Source of the DNA: Felis catus
Lineage: Eukaryota
Direction: 5' to 3'
Assembly: GCF_018350175.1 (NCBI RefSeq)
Contig: NC_058382.1
Coordinates: forward strand, 3,844,001-3,908,000
Length of the DNA stretch: 64,000 bases
Shown here: positions 50,560 to 61,869 of the stretch, one piece after another
How the letters are laid out: every line of letters starts with the position of its first letter
How positions within the stretch are numbered: the stretch's first letter is position 1
Position numbers and translations under genes: made by a program
The notes under the pieces: model-generated
Seen by the model: the letters and a program-made list of their open reading frames with translations, nothing else
What the model was told of the DNA's origin: nothing
Databases searched by the model: none

Positions 50560-53455
50560 TTTTTTTTTAACGTTTATTTAAAATTTTTTTTTCAACGTTT
50601 TAATTTATTTTTGGGACAGAGAGACAGAGCATGAACGGGGGAGGGGCAGAGAGAGAGGGAGACACAGAATCGGAAACAGGCTCCAGGCTCCGAGCCATCA
50701 GCCCAGAGCCATCAGCCCAGAGCCTGACGCGGGGCTCGAACTCACGGACCGCGAGATCGTGACCTGGCTGAAGTCGGACGCTTAACCGACTGCGCCACCC
50801 AGGCGCCCCTTAATGTTTATTTTAGAGAGAGAGACAGAATCCAAAGCAGGCTCCAGGCTCTGAGCTGTCGGCACAGAATGCGACTCATGAGCTACAAGAT
50901 CATGACCTGAGCTGAAGTCGGATGCTTAACCAACTGATCTGCCCAGGCGCCCCTTAAGTATCTGCCTCCAGAATGCTCTGCATCTTGTAACACTGAAACT
51001 CTGTCCCCATCAAACAGCCTCTCCTCACCCCTCCTCCCCAGCCCCTGGCACCCACCGTCCTACACATCGTCTTAGTCAATCTGACGAATCCAACGACCCC
51101 ACATCATTGGAATCATTGAGTATGTGTCTTCTTATGTCTGGCTCATTTTGCTCAGAATAATGTCCTCAAGGCTCAGCCACACTGTAGCACATAACTGGGC
51201 TTCTTCCTTATTAAGGCTGATAACGTCCCATTTTATGGATAGACCGCATTTTGTCTCTTCATCAGCTGATGGACGTTTGGGTCGTTTCCACCTATTTGGC
51301 TGTCGGCCGGTCACCTACTGGCCATCGCTTCTTCCGGATGTATACTCAGAAAGGGGATGGGGCGCCTGGGTGGCACAGTCGGTTAAGCGTCCGACTTCAG
51401 CCAGGTCACGATCTCGCGGTCCGTGGGTTCAAGCCCCGCGTTGGGCTCTGGGCTGATGGCTCAGAGCCTGGAGCCTGTTTCTGATTCTGTGTCTTCCTCT
51501 CTCTCTGCCCCTCCCCCGTTCATGCTCTGTCTCTCTCTGTCCCAAAAATAAATAAACGTTGAAAAAAAATTAAAAAAAAAAAAAGAAAAAAGAAAGGGGG
51601 TTGCCGGATCATATACTACTTCTGCTTTTAATTTTTTGAGGACCCACCACCCTGCTGGTCTCCATAGTGGCCACACCATTCTACATTTCCACACCCAGTG
51701 CACACAGATTTCTGTTGGTGTGTTTCTGAAACAGATGTTTTTTGACCCTTGTGTAGTAGGGCCAGTTTTGAGGACTGAGTTTGTCCAGGACAAGAGGAGG
51801 GAGAGAGGCCAGCAGGAAGCAGGCATCCTCCCGGACGGGGGTACTGAATCCCCCAGGGTTGATATGGGGCCAGTCATAACTGCACAGGGCACTGACCAAT
51901 GAACCCAGATTCTCCCAAACCACACACGGGGTAGGCATTCAGGGCCTCTGAGAAAAACCACACGGGGTACGAGATTCTGAAGTCAGTGGACCCGCAACTC
52001 ACTTCTCTCGTCTGTCAAGTGGGGGGGGGGGGCAGTGATGCATACATCTGACCATGAACTTCTGTGAGAAGGAGACATAATAGTAATCAATTATAAAGGA
52101 GAGTTGGATGATTGTATTAGTCATGGCACTTGGTTCCAAGTGAAAAAAACACCGATCTCGAAGTGACCTAGAAAAGGTGAGGTCCTTGGAATTAAACGGG
52201 TCATTCAGGGCTGCCCAACCCGGCACTACTAACATTTGGAGTTGGATAATTATTCTGCGGGGCAGGTGAGGAAGAAAAGTGCCTCCTGTGTAACATAGGA
52301 TGTTTGCAGCATCTCGGATGTCTACCTACTCCACGTTCCCTTTCCCAGCTGTGACAACCATGGTGTCTCCAGACACTCCAGATGTCCCGCAGGGGGCCAG
52401 ACTGTGCCCGGCCAGACACAGCTGGGATCCAGAGCTAGTGAATCTTGGGAAGCATGAGGATACCACCTGGCTTCACAAACTAGAATGAGGGACTGGAGTC
52501 TTGCCCAGATTCTCTTCCTTTCTGACACTTGTGTCTTTATCGTACCTGTTTCATTCTCTTTTAAACTTTTTAAAATGTTTTTATTTTTGAGAGACACAGA
52601 GCGTGAGTGGGAGAGGGGCACAGAGAGAGAGAGGGAGACACAGAAGCTGAAGCAGGTGCCAGGCTCTGAGCTGTCAGCGCAGAGCCCGAAGTGGGGCTTG
52701 AACTCACGAACCGTGAGATCATGACCTGAGCCAAAGTCAGATGCTTAACTGCTTTACGGACTGAGCCACTCGGGCACCCCTGTTTCATTCTCTTTTAGTG
52801 GGGACCAGTTCCCTCTTTGGGGCAGAGAGCTTGGCTTTTAAAGCTGAGTTTCGTAGCTCATAAATTCTACTCCTGGAGAAGCATCCGGCTCTCCTTCCGA
52901 GACCAGTTCAAAACAGACAGATAGATAGACAGACTGGGGAGGGCTGTGAATAGTCCTGGTTAGCTCAGCCTCTAGATCGATCCTAGGAAATGCTCATGGA
53001 AGGATGCCATTCAAGAAAACCCAGCCCCATCCAGGGAGACTGGAATGTAGGAGGGTAATGAACAGTTCCTAAAAGAATGAGAGTTGCTACCCTTTGATCC
53101 GATCCTATGGGCTGAAGGTCTGTGTCAACCCCCCCCCCCCCAATTTCATGTTGAAATCCTGACCCCTAACGTGACAGCATTAGGAGGTGGGAGCCTTTGG
53201 GAGGAGCTTAGGTCATAAGGGCGGAGCCCTCATGAGATCAGTGCCCTTCTAAAAGAGACCCCAGAAACTCCCTTGTCCCCTTCCTCCACGTGGGGCTCTA
53301 GAAGTCTGCCGCCCAGAAGAGGGCCCTCCCTGGACCATGCTGCCCCCCTGGTCTCGAACTTCCCGTCTCCAGACCTGTGAGAAAAAGGCATCTGCTGTTC
53401 ATCGTCCCCCTAGCCTGTGGCATTTTGTTAGAGCAGCCCCAACGGACTAAGCCGA
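50560..53455. mobile_element. Repeat-dense block after TARM1 Ig2: SINEs (about 50560-50955 minus, 51359-51595 plus, 52565-52790 minus), L1 minus fragment, MER20, MLT1 (about 53105-53455)
   Basis: Recognisable SINE heads and tails, L1 3' motifs in reverse, and MLT1 ccccaatttcatgttgaaatcctgacccc. Confidence 0.75.
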
Positions 53456-53672
53456 CGAGGGAGAGGTACGCCCAGCAAGTGTGTTTGCTTCAGAGTCACA
53501 GACCCCCGAACAGAGCAAGAAAATCCCAAAGTCTGGATGTTGATCTGGAACCCATCGGCCACACGGGGTAGAGGAGAATGTTTGTCTCTGCCCCCTGCTG
53601 GGGCCATGGAGCCCAGGAGTGAGGCAGGGAATTCTCACATCTAGGATTCACCTGCTTCATGCTGTTTTCTAG

Positions 53673-54654
53673 GTCAGCGTGAAGGACATTCCATGTCCCC
53701 TCCAGGGAGAAGTAAGGCAACTGGGGGAAAGGGGAGAACAACCACACAACCAGGGATGGGCACCCGTCACTTGGGTACATGGCCCCACCGTCTCCAAGTG
53801 TGTGTACGGACTCTTGAGTTGCAGATAATTATAACCGCTTGGATTTGGGCTGGGGCCAGTACCTAACAAGCTACCTGCCTACACATTCCTTAGCTTCCCT
53901 CTGTCTCAGCTTCTGTATCTGTCAGGGGTTGATAGTAGTACCTACATAAGGGACTCGTGCTTGGGATTTTGAGGAGTTATTTTACCTAAATCCCTCCTAA
54001 ACTGTGTCCGGTGGACAGCAAAATATTATCTAAGGATCTGCCATTATTATCATTATGAAACACCCAAAACTTCCTCCTCTGACTACTGAAGCAGCTTTAT
54101 CAAGAACTCCATTCCTCAGGGGAGACTTTCCAGGAAACAGAGAGCCTGCATATCCCTCGGAAGGTACCGGTAAATATCCTTATCGTTATAATGAATGATA
54201 AATATTAGTGGAAAATTCCACGACCTGTTAAGGGCTTCCTGGTTCTAAAAAAGCCCATGGGTGCGTGTCTGTGTCTTTAACTCACTTCAACTGTACGTGA
54301 CACGGTTAAGCACCGATGAGATGGTCTTTCCAAAACAGGATGATAAAACAGAACGGAAAGAAAAATACCACGAGCTAGATTGGCTCTCTGTAGGAGGGGG
54401 AAATTTTACATAATTTTGGGTTCTTCCACAGCTAGTGAATCATTTTTTTTTCCCACTTCTTTATTTATCCTTGGCATATGAGGACACTTCTGAGTTTCTT
54501 CCTCGATGGTCATAAATATTGCTGCTTCTGACATGAATACATCAGTGACAGGACACTTCACCAAGAAGGACCCGGGAAGCTGTTGTCAAGTTCAGTGTCG
54601 ACCTTTCCTGTCTTCCTTCAGCCACGGTTCCAACCCTGGCAACTGTCGCCAAGG
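53673..54654 (+). CDS. Predicted small stalk exons of the TARM1-like receptor: 53673-53711 (39 nt), 54134-54169 (36 nt; or 54120-54169, 50 nt) and 54622-54654 (33 nt, GC donor)
   Basis: Pyrimidine-rich acceptors (gctgttttctag, attcctcag/ctttccag, ctttcctgtcttccttcag) and donors gtaagg, gtaaat and gcaaga. The phase-1 reading gives GQREGHSMSPPGR / RNREPAYPSEGT / ATVPTLATVAK. Prediction only. Confidence 0.5.
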
Positions 54655-56462
54655 GCAAGACTGAGGAAGAGAGGAGGACATCATGGCGGGGAGGGCGTGT
54701 TTGGCAGGCAGACGACTGGGTACAGGTGCATTGGCAGATTATTGAAAATGGAGCCCGAGGGTTTCCCTTTGGGATCCCCCAGAGCCTTTTACAAACCCTC
54801 ACAGTTTTACGTGGCTCTTGCAGGGGCCAGAACCGTGAAGCTGCAGCTACCCCCCCCCCCCCCCCCCGTGTTTGACTTGTGGGGACGTGAGCGTCACCTG
54901 ACTGGCCAAGGGCAGGAGGCGGGGAGAAGGTGGGCGGCAGGAATCCTGACAAAGGACAAGGAAAGAGAAGTCCCTCGCTTTCGGGTCACCTCTTATTTTC
55001 CTCAGGCCACTGGTTGTCCCCTGGGGGCGATTTTCCACTCGGCAGCATATGGCAATGTCTGAGACAGTTTTGGCGGTCACCGCTGGGGGCGGGGGATGCT
55101 TCTGGCATCTAGGAGGTAGAGACCACGGATGCCTCAAAACACCCTACGACGCAAGGACCCCTCCCCGCGAAGAATCATCTAGCCCCAAATATCAGTGGCG
55201 CCCAAGAGGAGAAATCCTGCTGTAGACCCGCCGTCTAGTTTCCAGTTAGACACCAGAGTTCTTGCAGGGATCTCACAGGTGGAGACCATACTCCCCTCCA
55301 ATTCCTGAAGCCTCGAATTACTTCAACTACGTGCCCCAGACCAGTAGCTGTTTCAGAAAATACTTACCAGTGATACCGGCATCACCTGTCTTCCTTGAAG
55401 GCCGCTTGTGATGTTTGGGGCTTTTTCTTTTTTTTTTTTCTCCCTTTATTCCGGTTTGATTTGTCTCCAGGCTCCCAGAGATTTCTTCGGAGCCAGACCC
55501 CAGGGTTTCGTGGGGTTTCCTCGTCATTTCCGAAGTTGGAACAAGACGAGTGCAGTCTCCGGTTCGGAGGAGAGCAGAATGCAGCTGGCGGTGGGGGAGG
55601 CTGAGTCGGCAGGAGGAGGCTGGGACAAACGGTGTCCCACCTCCTGACGGTGTGGCTGTGCAGGGCAGAGGTGAAGAACCATAGGCGGTACCACAGGGAA
55701 CAGAGGAGACAGTGGTCGGGAGTCAGCAGGCTTCCCAGGCTTGCCTTCTCTGAAGTGTAAGGCTGAGGGTAGGGGTCGGCTTCAGGCTCGAGGAGGCGGG
55801 GCCAACACAGCTGTGGATGATAAAGGCAATGAAGAGTCATGTGGTGTCACATCAGTAGAGCTTTGTGAAGCTCGGCTCTGCTACTCACTGGCTGTGTGAC
55901 CCCGGGCAACTCTGGAGCCAACAAGCTAGAGACCCCGGGAAGAGGTGATGTCGAATCTGAAGGCAGCCGGAAGCCGAATTCCTTCATCCTCAAAGGAGAT
56001 CAGTCTTGTCTCCTTGGACCTTTGACCTTTGATTAGAGGAGGCCCACCCACATGATAGAGCTTAATCTGCTCCGCTCAAACTCTACCGCCTTAGATGTTA
56101 AACACATCTTCTTTTTAATGAATTGACTTAAGATTGCATTTGCTTTATTTCACTGTAATTCCAGTGTAGTCAACGTAGAGCGTTATATTAGTTTCTTGTG
56201 CCAGCTTCCTGGCCACCATTCTAGGCTCGTATTAGACCCAAACAACTGGGTACCGCGGCCTAGTCGTGTTGACACATAAAATTAACCATCACACCCGCCC
56301 ACATAAGAGTCTTGGGATCCTTGAATGGGGTCTGGACATTTCTGGAATACACTCACCTTCCCTTTCTGCATTCCATCTTACTTGTTTCCTAGCTAAACCT
56401 AAAACTCACAAAAATTTCCCTCCAGAAACCAGCAAGACAACGGATGAGGATTAGCTTTCTTT

Positions 56463-57260
56463 TGGGGCACCTGGGTGGCCCAGTCAGTTAAGCGTCCGAC
56501 TCTTGATTTCAACTCAGGTCACAGTCTCACAGTTTGTGGGCTCGAGCCCCGCATCGGGCTCTGCACACTGTCCGTGGCACTGTCCGTGCGGAGCCTGATT
56601 GAAATTCTTTCTCTCTCCCTCTCTCTCTGCCCCTCCATCACTCTCTCTCTCTCAGAATTAAAAAAAAAAAAAAAAAAAAACCTAAAAAGAAAAGAAAGAA
56701 TTTCCTTTCTTTTGAGAAATCTGAAAAAGTACTATCTAGTAGAAATAACAAATAGCAGATACTCACGTATCCACCACTCATAATTATACTTGTTCACATT
56801 TTGTTGTATTTGCCCCAAAGCTGTTTTCTTTCCACAAGATAAAAAAAAAAGAAGTCCTTTTTCTCTCTCAACATTACTTCTGTTATTTTTCCCCTTTCCA
56901 GAACTTTCCGCCCTGAAGTTGGTGTTATTTCTGTGCAGGTCTTTACACTTTTACCACATAGACATGCCTTTGTAAACACAGCATAGAGTTTTACATTCTA
57001 TTTACAATTATTTAAGTTTAAAATTTAACTATAGGGGGCGCCTGGGTGGCTCAGTCGGTTGGGCAGCCGATTTTGGCTCAGGTCACGATCAGGTCTGTGA
57101 GTCTGAGCCCCACGTGCTGACAGCTCAGAGCCTGGAGCCCGCTTCAGATTCTGTATCTCCCTCTGTCTCTGCTCCTCCCCCTCTCACACTCTGTCTCTCT
57201 CTGTCTCTCTCTCTCAAAAATAAATATTTAAAAAAAATAAATAAATAAAATTTAACTCTA
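56463..57260 (+). mobile_element. Two CAN-SINEs (about 56463-56690 and 57034-57260); further SINEs at about 59110-59310 (minus), 60807-61042, 62215-62420 (minus), 63524-63735 and 63830-64000
   Basis: SINE heads, CT bodies and A/AT tails. Confidence 0.85.
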
Positions 57261-57732
57261 GAATTCTCTCTTCTAGATAAAACTGAAAGGAAATCACCCA
57301 AGGGAGCAGAAACAGGACTCGGTAGGAGCACAGATCTTACATACACTCATCCATGCGTGGGATGAGATATCCTTGTGACCCTGTGAACTGTCCACACCTG
57401 GGAAAGTTCTCAAGGATGTCTGTCTGTCTTGTGGTGACGCCTGAAGGCTGTGGCTCAGTGTGAGGTCTTTCGAGGTGGGTAGGATTAGGGGCGCAGCCCT
57501 GCCTAGTTACCTGGGCCACTTTGGAAAGGGAACTTCAAATCTCTGATGCCCAGCTTCTGCATCTGTGGAATAGGCATCACTCACTCTGTCGCTCTCCCGG
57601 GATACTTGTGTGAAGAGAATGTCGTGAGAGCTCCAGCAAGTGGTAGGAATGTGATCGACGGGGGACACAGTGAGGTGCCTCAGTGCACACTCAGGGAACC
57701 ACTGACCCTCTCACCTACTATCCTCTCCCCAG

Positions 57733-60656
57733 GGACCACGGGGATTCCCCCTCGCTGTGGTCTTTGCCCTTCTCTTCCTGCTTGGAGCCTTCCTCATCTA
57801 CAAATACACCCGGTGGGGCGAGTTCAGGAAAACAAGGGCTAAATACCTGGGAGGAAATGGGAGAAACAGAACGGGAAAGTAACATCACGGGGTCAACACT
57901 GTCTCTGTCTCTTTCATCCCCAGGGGCGGCTCCCGACAACATGACCAAACGGTAGAGCTACTCAGCGAATCCCCTCAGCCCATACCGAACCCTTCCCCCA
58001 CTATTGCCTTGACCACTCAAGACCCCCTTTCTTACCTGAACCTTTCATGTGCCCCCGACCAGCCCCGACGATCATCCCCAAGTGTCTCTCCACGTCCTCT
58101 CTTCTCATGACCACCTTCCACTTCTCGCTCAAGGTTCTTCCCTTGGATCCTCTCCTCGTGGACCACACTGTCCCCAACCACTTCTCCTCCTCAGCTCTCA
58201 AGACTTTGCTGAGCACCTGAATGACGTGGGGACCCTCGTGTGGGGTGTATGAGCGTGGAGGAGGTGGGGGGGGACTTTGGTTTACACATGATCTTGCTGG
58301 GCGCCTCACCTCCGCCTCCCCGCAAGGATCCTGACATCTCGCTCCAATTCCCTTTGTCTCCGGTGCCTCACTGTTTCTCTCTTTCAGCTCCTGCTCTTCT
58401 GAGAAAAAGTGGAGACAAGTAATCAGCCCGGGAAAGAGAGCGATGGTGGGTACACGTGTGTGTGTGTGTATTTGGATGCGTGTGGTGTTCTCAAATAAGC
58501 ATGTATATTTGAGTGTGTGTCTGTGAGTCTGCACGTGTAGGTGTGCAGGGATATATGTACGCGTGTGAACACGCATATGCACGTAGAGGTACGTGAATGT
58601 GTGCATGTGTATAGACGTGCATGTTTGTGTGTTGTGCGTGCACACGGGTGTGGTTTGCACGTCTGTTGCACGTGAATGTGGCGTATGTGTGTGTCACGTG
58701 CATGCCTTATTTGTGTGTGCACACACGTGCGTGCATGTGTGTGAGAGGGTGTGTAATGTGAATGTGCATGTGAGTGGGATTGTGTGTCCAGAGTTAACCC
58801 CTGGGGCCTGGGGGGGAAGCAACAGCAGGACCTTTTCCCTCCCAGATACAGCCACAGCCACGATGAGCTGTCCTCCTGCATCAGTGAGCGTCCCCTGTGG
58901 ACATTTCCCATCCCCTCCTTGTCCCAGGCTCTCCGTTCTTCCTGCCAGTTTTGTCAATGGTCTGGGCTCCCGCGTCCATCCACCGCCACCCTCACTCTAC
59001 ACTCCAGGAGAATCTGGTCTGAACCCTTCTGTGCCTTCTCTGGCCAGGGGACCTTCATCCCATGTCCTTTCTGAGGACATTATCCCAGGTGACTTGTGAT
59101 GAACATCACCTTTTTGTTTTTGTTTTTGTTTTACGTTTCTTTATTTTTGAGAGACAGAGAGCAAGCAGGGGAGGGGCAGAGAGAGGGGGAGACACAATCC
59201 AAAGCAGGCTCCAGGCTCCGAGCTGTCAGCACAGAGCCTGACATGGGGCTCCAACTCGTGGACCGTGAGATCATGACCTGAGCTGAAGTCGGACGCTTCA
59301 GGCACCCCCACATCACCTTCTCCCTGGGATTAACAGGGTGGTTTAATGAGCTCAGAGACACAGAGGGGTCAGTGAGATCTCAGGCACACCGTAAGCATTC
59401 AGTACCCTGAAGCTACTGCTATTATAAACCATTGGTCATAATCGCGGGTAAGTGACTCTCCCACCCTGAGCCTCAGGGTCTCCATGCGCACAATGGGGGT
59501 AATATGCCCCACCTGTTGGTGCAATTTAGGAAAACACGGTAAGAGCTCTCTGTAAAGCACGTACCGTGAAGTACCCACACAGCACACTTATTAATAGTAA
59601 CGTTTATTTTATCCTTTACAGTTCAGTTTCTTTTACAAAATTGTGGCGAAATGCACATAAGCCTAAAATCCACCATTTTAACCCGGGATATTCACAACTT
59701 TCGGAATATTCACAACGTTGTCCAATAATACCCCACGAATCCAGTTCGAGAACATTTTCATCGCCTCGAAGGAAACCCCACACCCTGTAAGCAGTCTTTC
59801 TGCACACCCACACCGCCACCCCAAGCCCCTGACAACCACTAGCTTCCTGTCCCTAAGGATTTGCCTACTCTGGACATCTCACATTCACACTAACATGATG
59901 GCTGTCTATTTGAGTTATCTGAAGTTTCATAACAAATCATCCCCAAATGCAGTTGGTTAAGGCAACACTTAGGATCTCAGTGTCTGCAGGGAGGGAGTCT
60001 GGGTGTGGCTCAGCGACGTGGTCTCTCGTTGGGTCTCACAAGGCTGGGACGAAGGCATTGGCTGCTGGTTCAGGCTTGAGTAAGAGAGGATTTGCTTCCA
60101 CACTCACTCAGGTGGCGGTTGGTGGGACTCAGGTCCTTGCTGGCTGTTGGCCAGAGACCACGTTGGCCATATGGACCTTTCCATACGGCAGCTCCCAACA
60201 CAGCAGCTGGCTTGATCAGCACGAGTGAGGGAAACAGGTGTGAACAAGATGGAAGTCATAACTTAGTCTTTCATAACCTAGTCTTGGACACGACACATGA
60301 CAGCCCATCCTTCTTGCTTATTCCGATTGACAGATGCAGGTCACTAGGTCCCGCCAACCTTCGAGAGGGGAAGGGACTGCACGAAGACTCGAAGGGCAGG
60401 AGGCTCTTCCTAACACAGCTGTCTACCACACTGTCATCACAAACGCTAAATCTCCACAATCTAACACTCTTTCCCGGGGGGACTTGATCCTTCTCTCCCT
60501 GCTTACCTTCAGGATGAAGCATCCCAGGTCTCAAGAGCTGAGGAACCCCACGGAGTGACATATGCTGAGCTGGACATCAGAGCCCTAAGTGAGGGTCCTT
60601 CCAGCCAGATGGAACAGCCCCTGGAAACCTGTGTGTACTTGACCCTCAAGACATAG
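57733..60656 (+). CDS. Uncharged TM exon plus VSTM1/LAIR1-like ITIM-bearing cytoplasmic exons (inhibitory receptor tail)
   Basis: TM exon 57733-57817 (..FPLAVVFALLFLLGAFLIYKYTRW, GC donor), 28-nt exon 57924-57951 (GAAPDNMTKR), candidate exons 58388-58418, 58846-58883 and 59048-59088, and terminal exon 60513-60656 DEASQVSRAEEPHGVTYAELDIRALSEGPSSQMEQPLETCVYLTLKT*. The terminal exon parallels human VSTM1 ADPQGVTYAELSTSALSE..EYAALKV (recalled). Confidence 0.8.
58449..58787. repeat. Alternating purine-pyrimidine TG-rich repeat within the receptor tail region
   Basis: tacacgtgtgtgtgtgtgtatttggatgcgtgtgg...gtgcatgtgtatagacgtgcatg. Confidence 0.9.
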
Positions 60657-61869
60657 CTGGGAGAGTGCCTGGAGCCCAGCAAACAAGATCTTCCGATGGA
60701 TGATGGAGAGCCCTTGGGGTGCCAGGCAAATGGGGATCCCTTTCCTCAAATCTGCAATGAAGACTCATTGCTTCTAAAAATTTATTTTTTACATGAGAGG
60801 TATCAGGGCGCTGGGGTGGCTCAGTCGGTTGAGCGTCTGACTTCGGCCCAGGTCACGATCATGATCTCATAGTTCATGAGTTTGAGCCCCACGTCATGCT
60901 CTGTGCTGACAGCTTGGAGCCTGGAGCCTGCTTTAGAGTCTGTGACTCCCTCTCTCTGTCTGTCCCTCCCCTGCGTGCTCTCTCTCTCAAAAATAAATAA
61001 ACATTAAAAAATTTTTAATAAATAAATAAATAAATAAATAAATGAGAGGTATCATTTGCAGAGTGAAATGCACAAATCTTGCACAGCTAAGTGACTACAG
61101 ATAGATGACTGACAGATATAGATATATAGATATCCCAGTAATCTATCTCTACCTATCCCCTTTGGTATAACCACCGTCCAAATAAACACAGTATTTCCAG
61201 AACTCCAGAAGGTTTCCCTGTGACACCCTCCAGTCAACCACCACGGCCCCAGAGACCCTTCCTTTTTCTGCCTTTTCACCACCTTTTCATCACTTTTCAA
61301 GCCTGTTCTTCATATGCCCTCACATACACGTGGCCACGCTATGTGTTCTCTTCTGTGTCTGGCTTCTTTCACCCAAATACATCGTTCCTGAGGTTTATCC
61401 CCGACGTTACATGTAGTTGTGTTTTCTTCCCTATCTACCGCTGAGCATCACTCCAATGCACATTCATGCCACGGTCACGGAGAACGGTCTCCAGGGGATG
61501 GACAATTGGGTTGTTTGCAGGCTGCGGCTTCTGTGGGCCAGCTTGCACGAACACTCTTAGCTATGTCTTTGCAGACATGGGCACATGTGCACACATTCCC
61601 CCTGGAATATAAATAGTGGGATGGCTGGGTCAAAGAACAGGTGTATGCTTAATTTCATTTGCTACTTCTGAACAGTTTTATAAGGGGGTTGTACTACTTC
61701 CTGCTTCCTTCCTGACAAGCGCTCAGTGTTTTTCTTGATAGCTGCTCTTCTGTTCACACTCCCTTCTCGCCACAAAGCTGCTCCATCACCTTACACAAGT
61801 TTGTGGCTGCGAGCAAAGCCTTCACTGTGACCTGTGACCTCCAACTATTCTCACTCCTGGTATTTGTGT

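Noticed and set aside
51915-51972. Short duplicated aaaccaca(ca)cggggta motif with RUNX-like AACCACA
   Set aside because: Two short copies only; not enough evidence to call a regulatory element.
55382-55840. 152-aa minus ORF as a retrocopy or novel gene
   Set aside because: No recognisable homology and no polyA tail with TSD. Kept only as a low-interest non-coding observation.
57733-60656. Assigning the symbol VSTM1 to the tail exons
   Set aside because: Tail similarity is clear, but no VSTM1 leader or Ig exon was found and orthology cannot be settled without a phylogeny.
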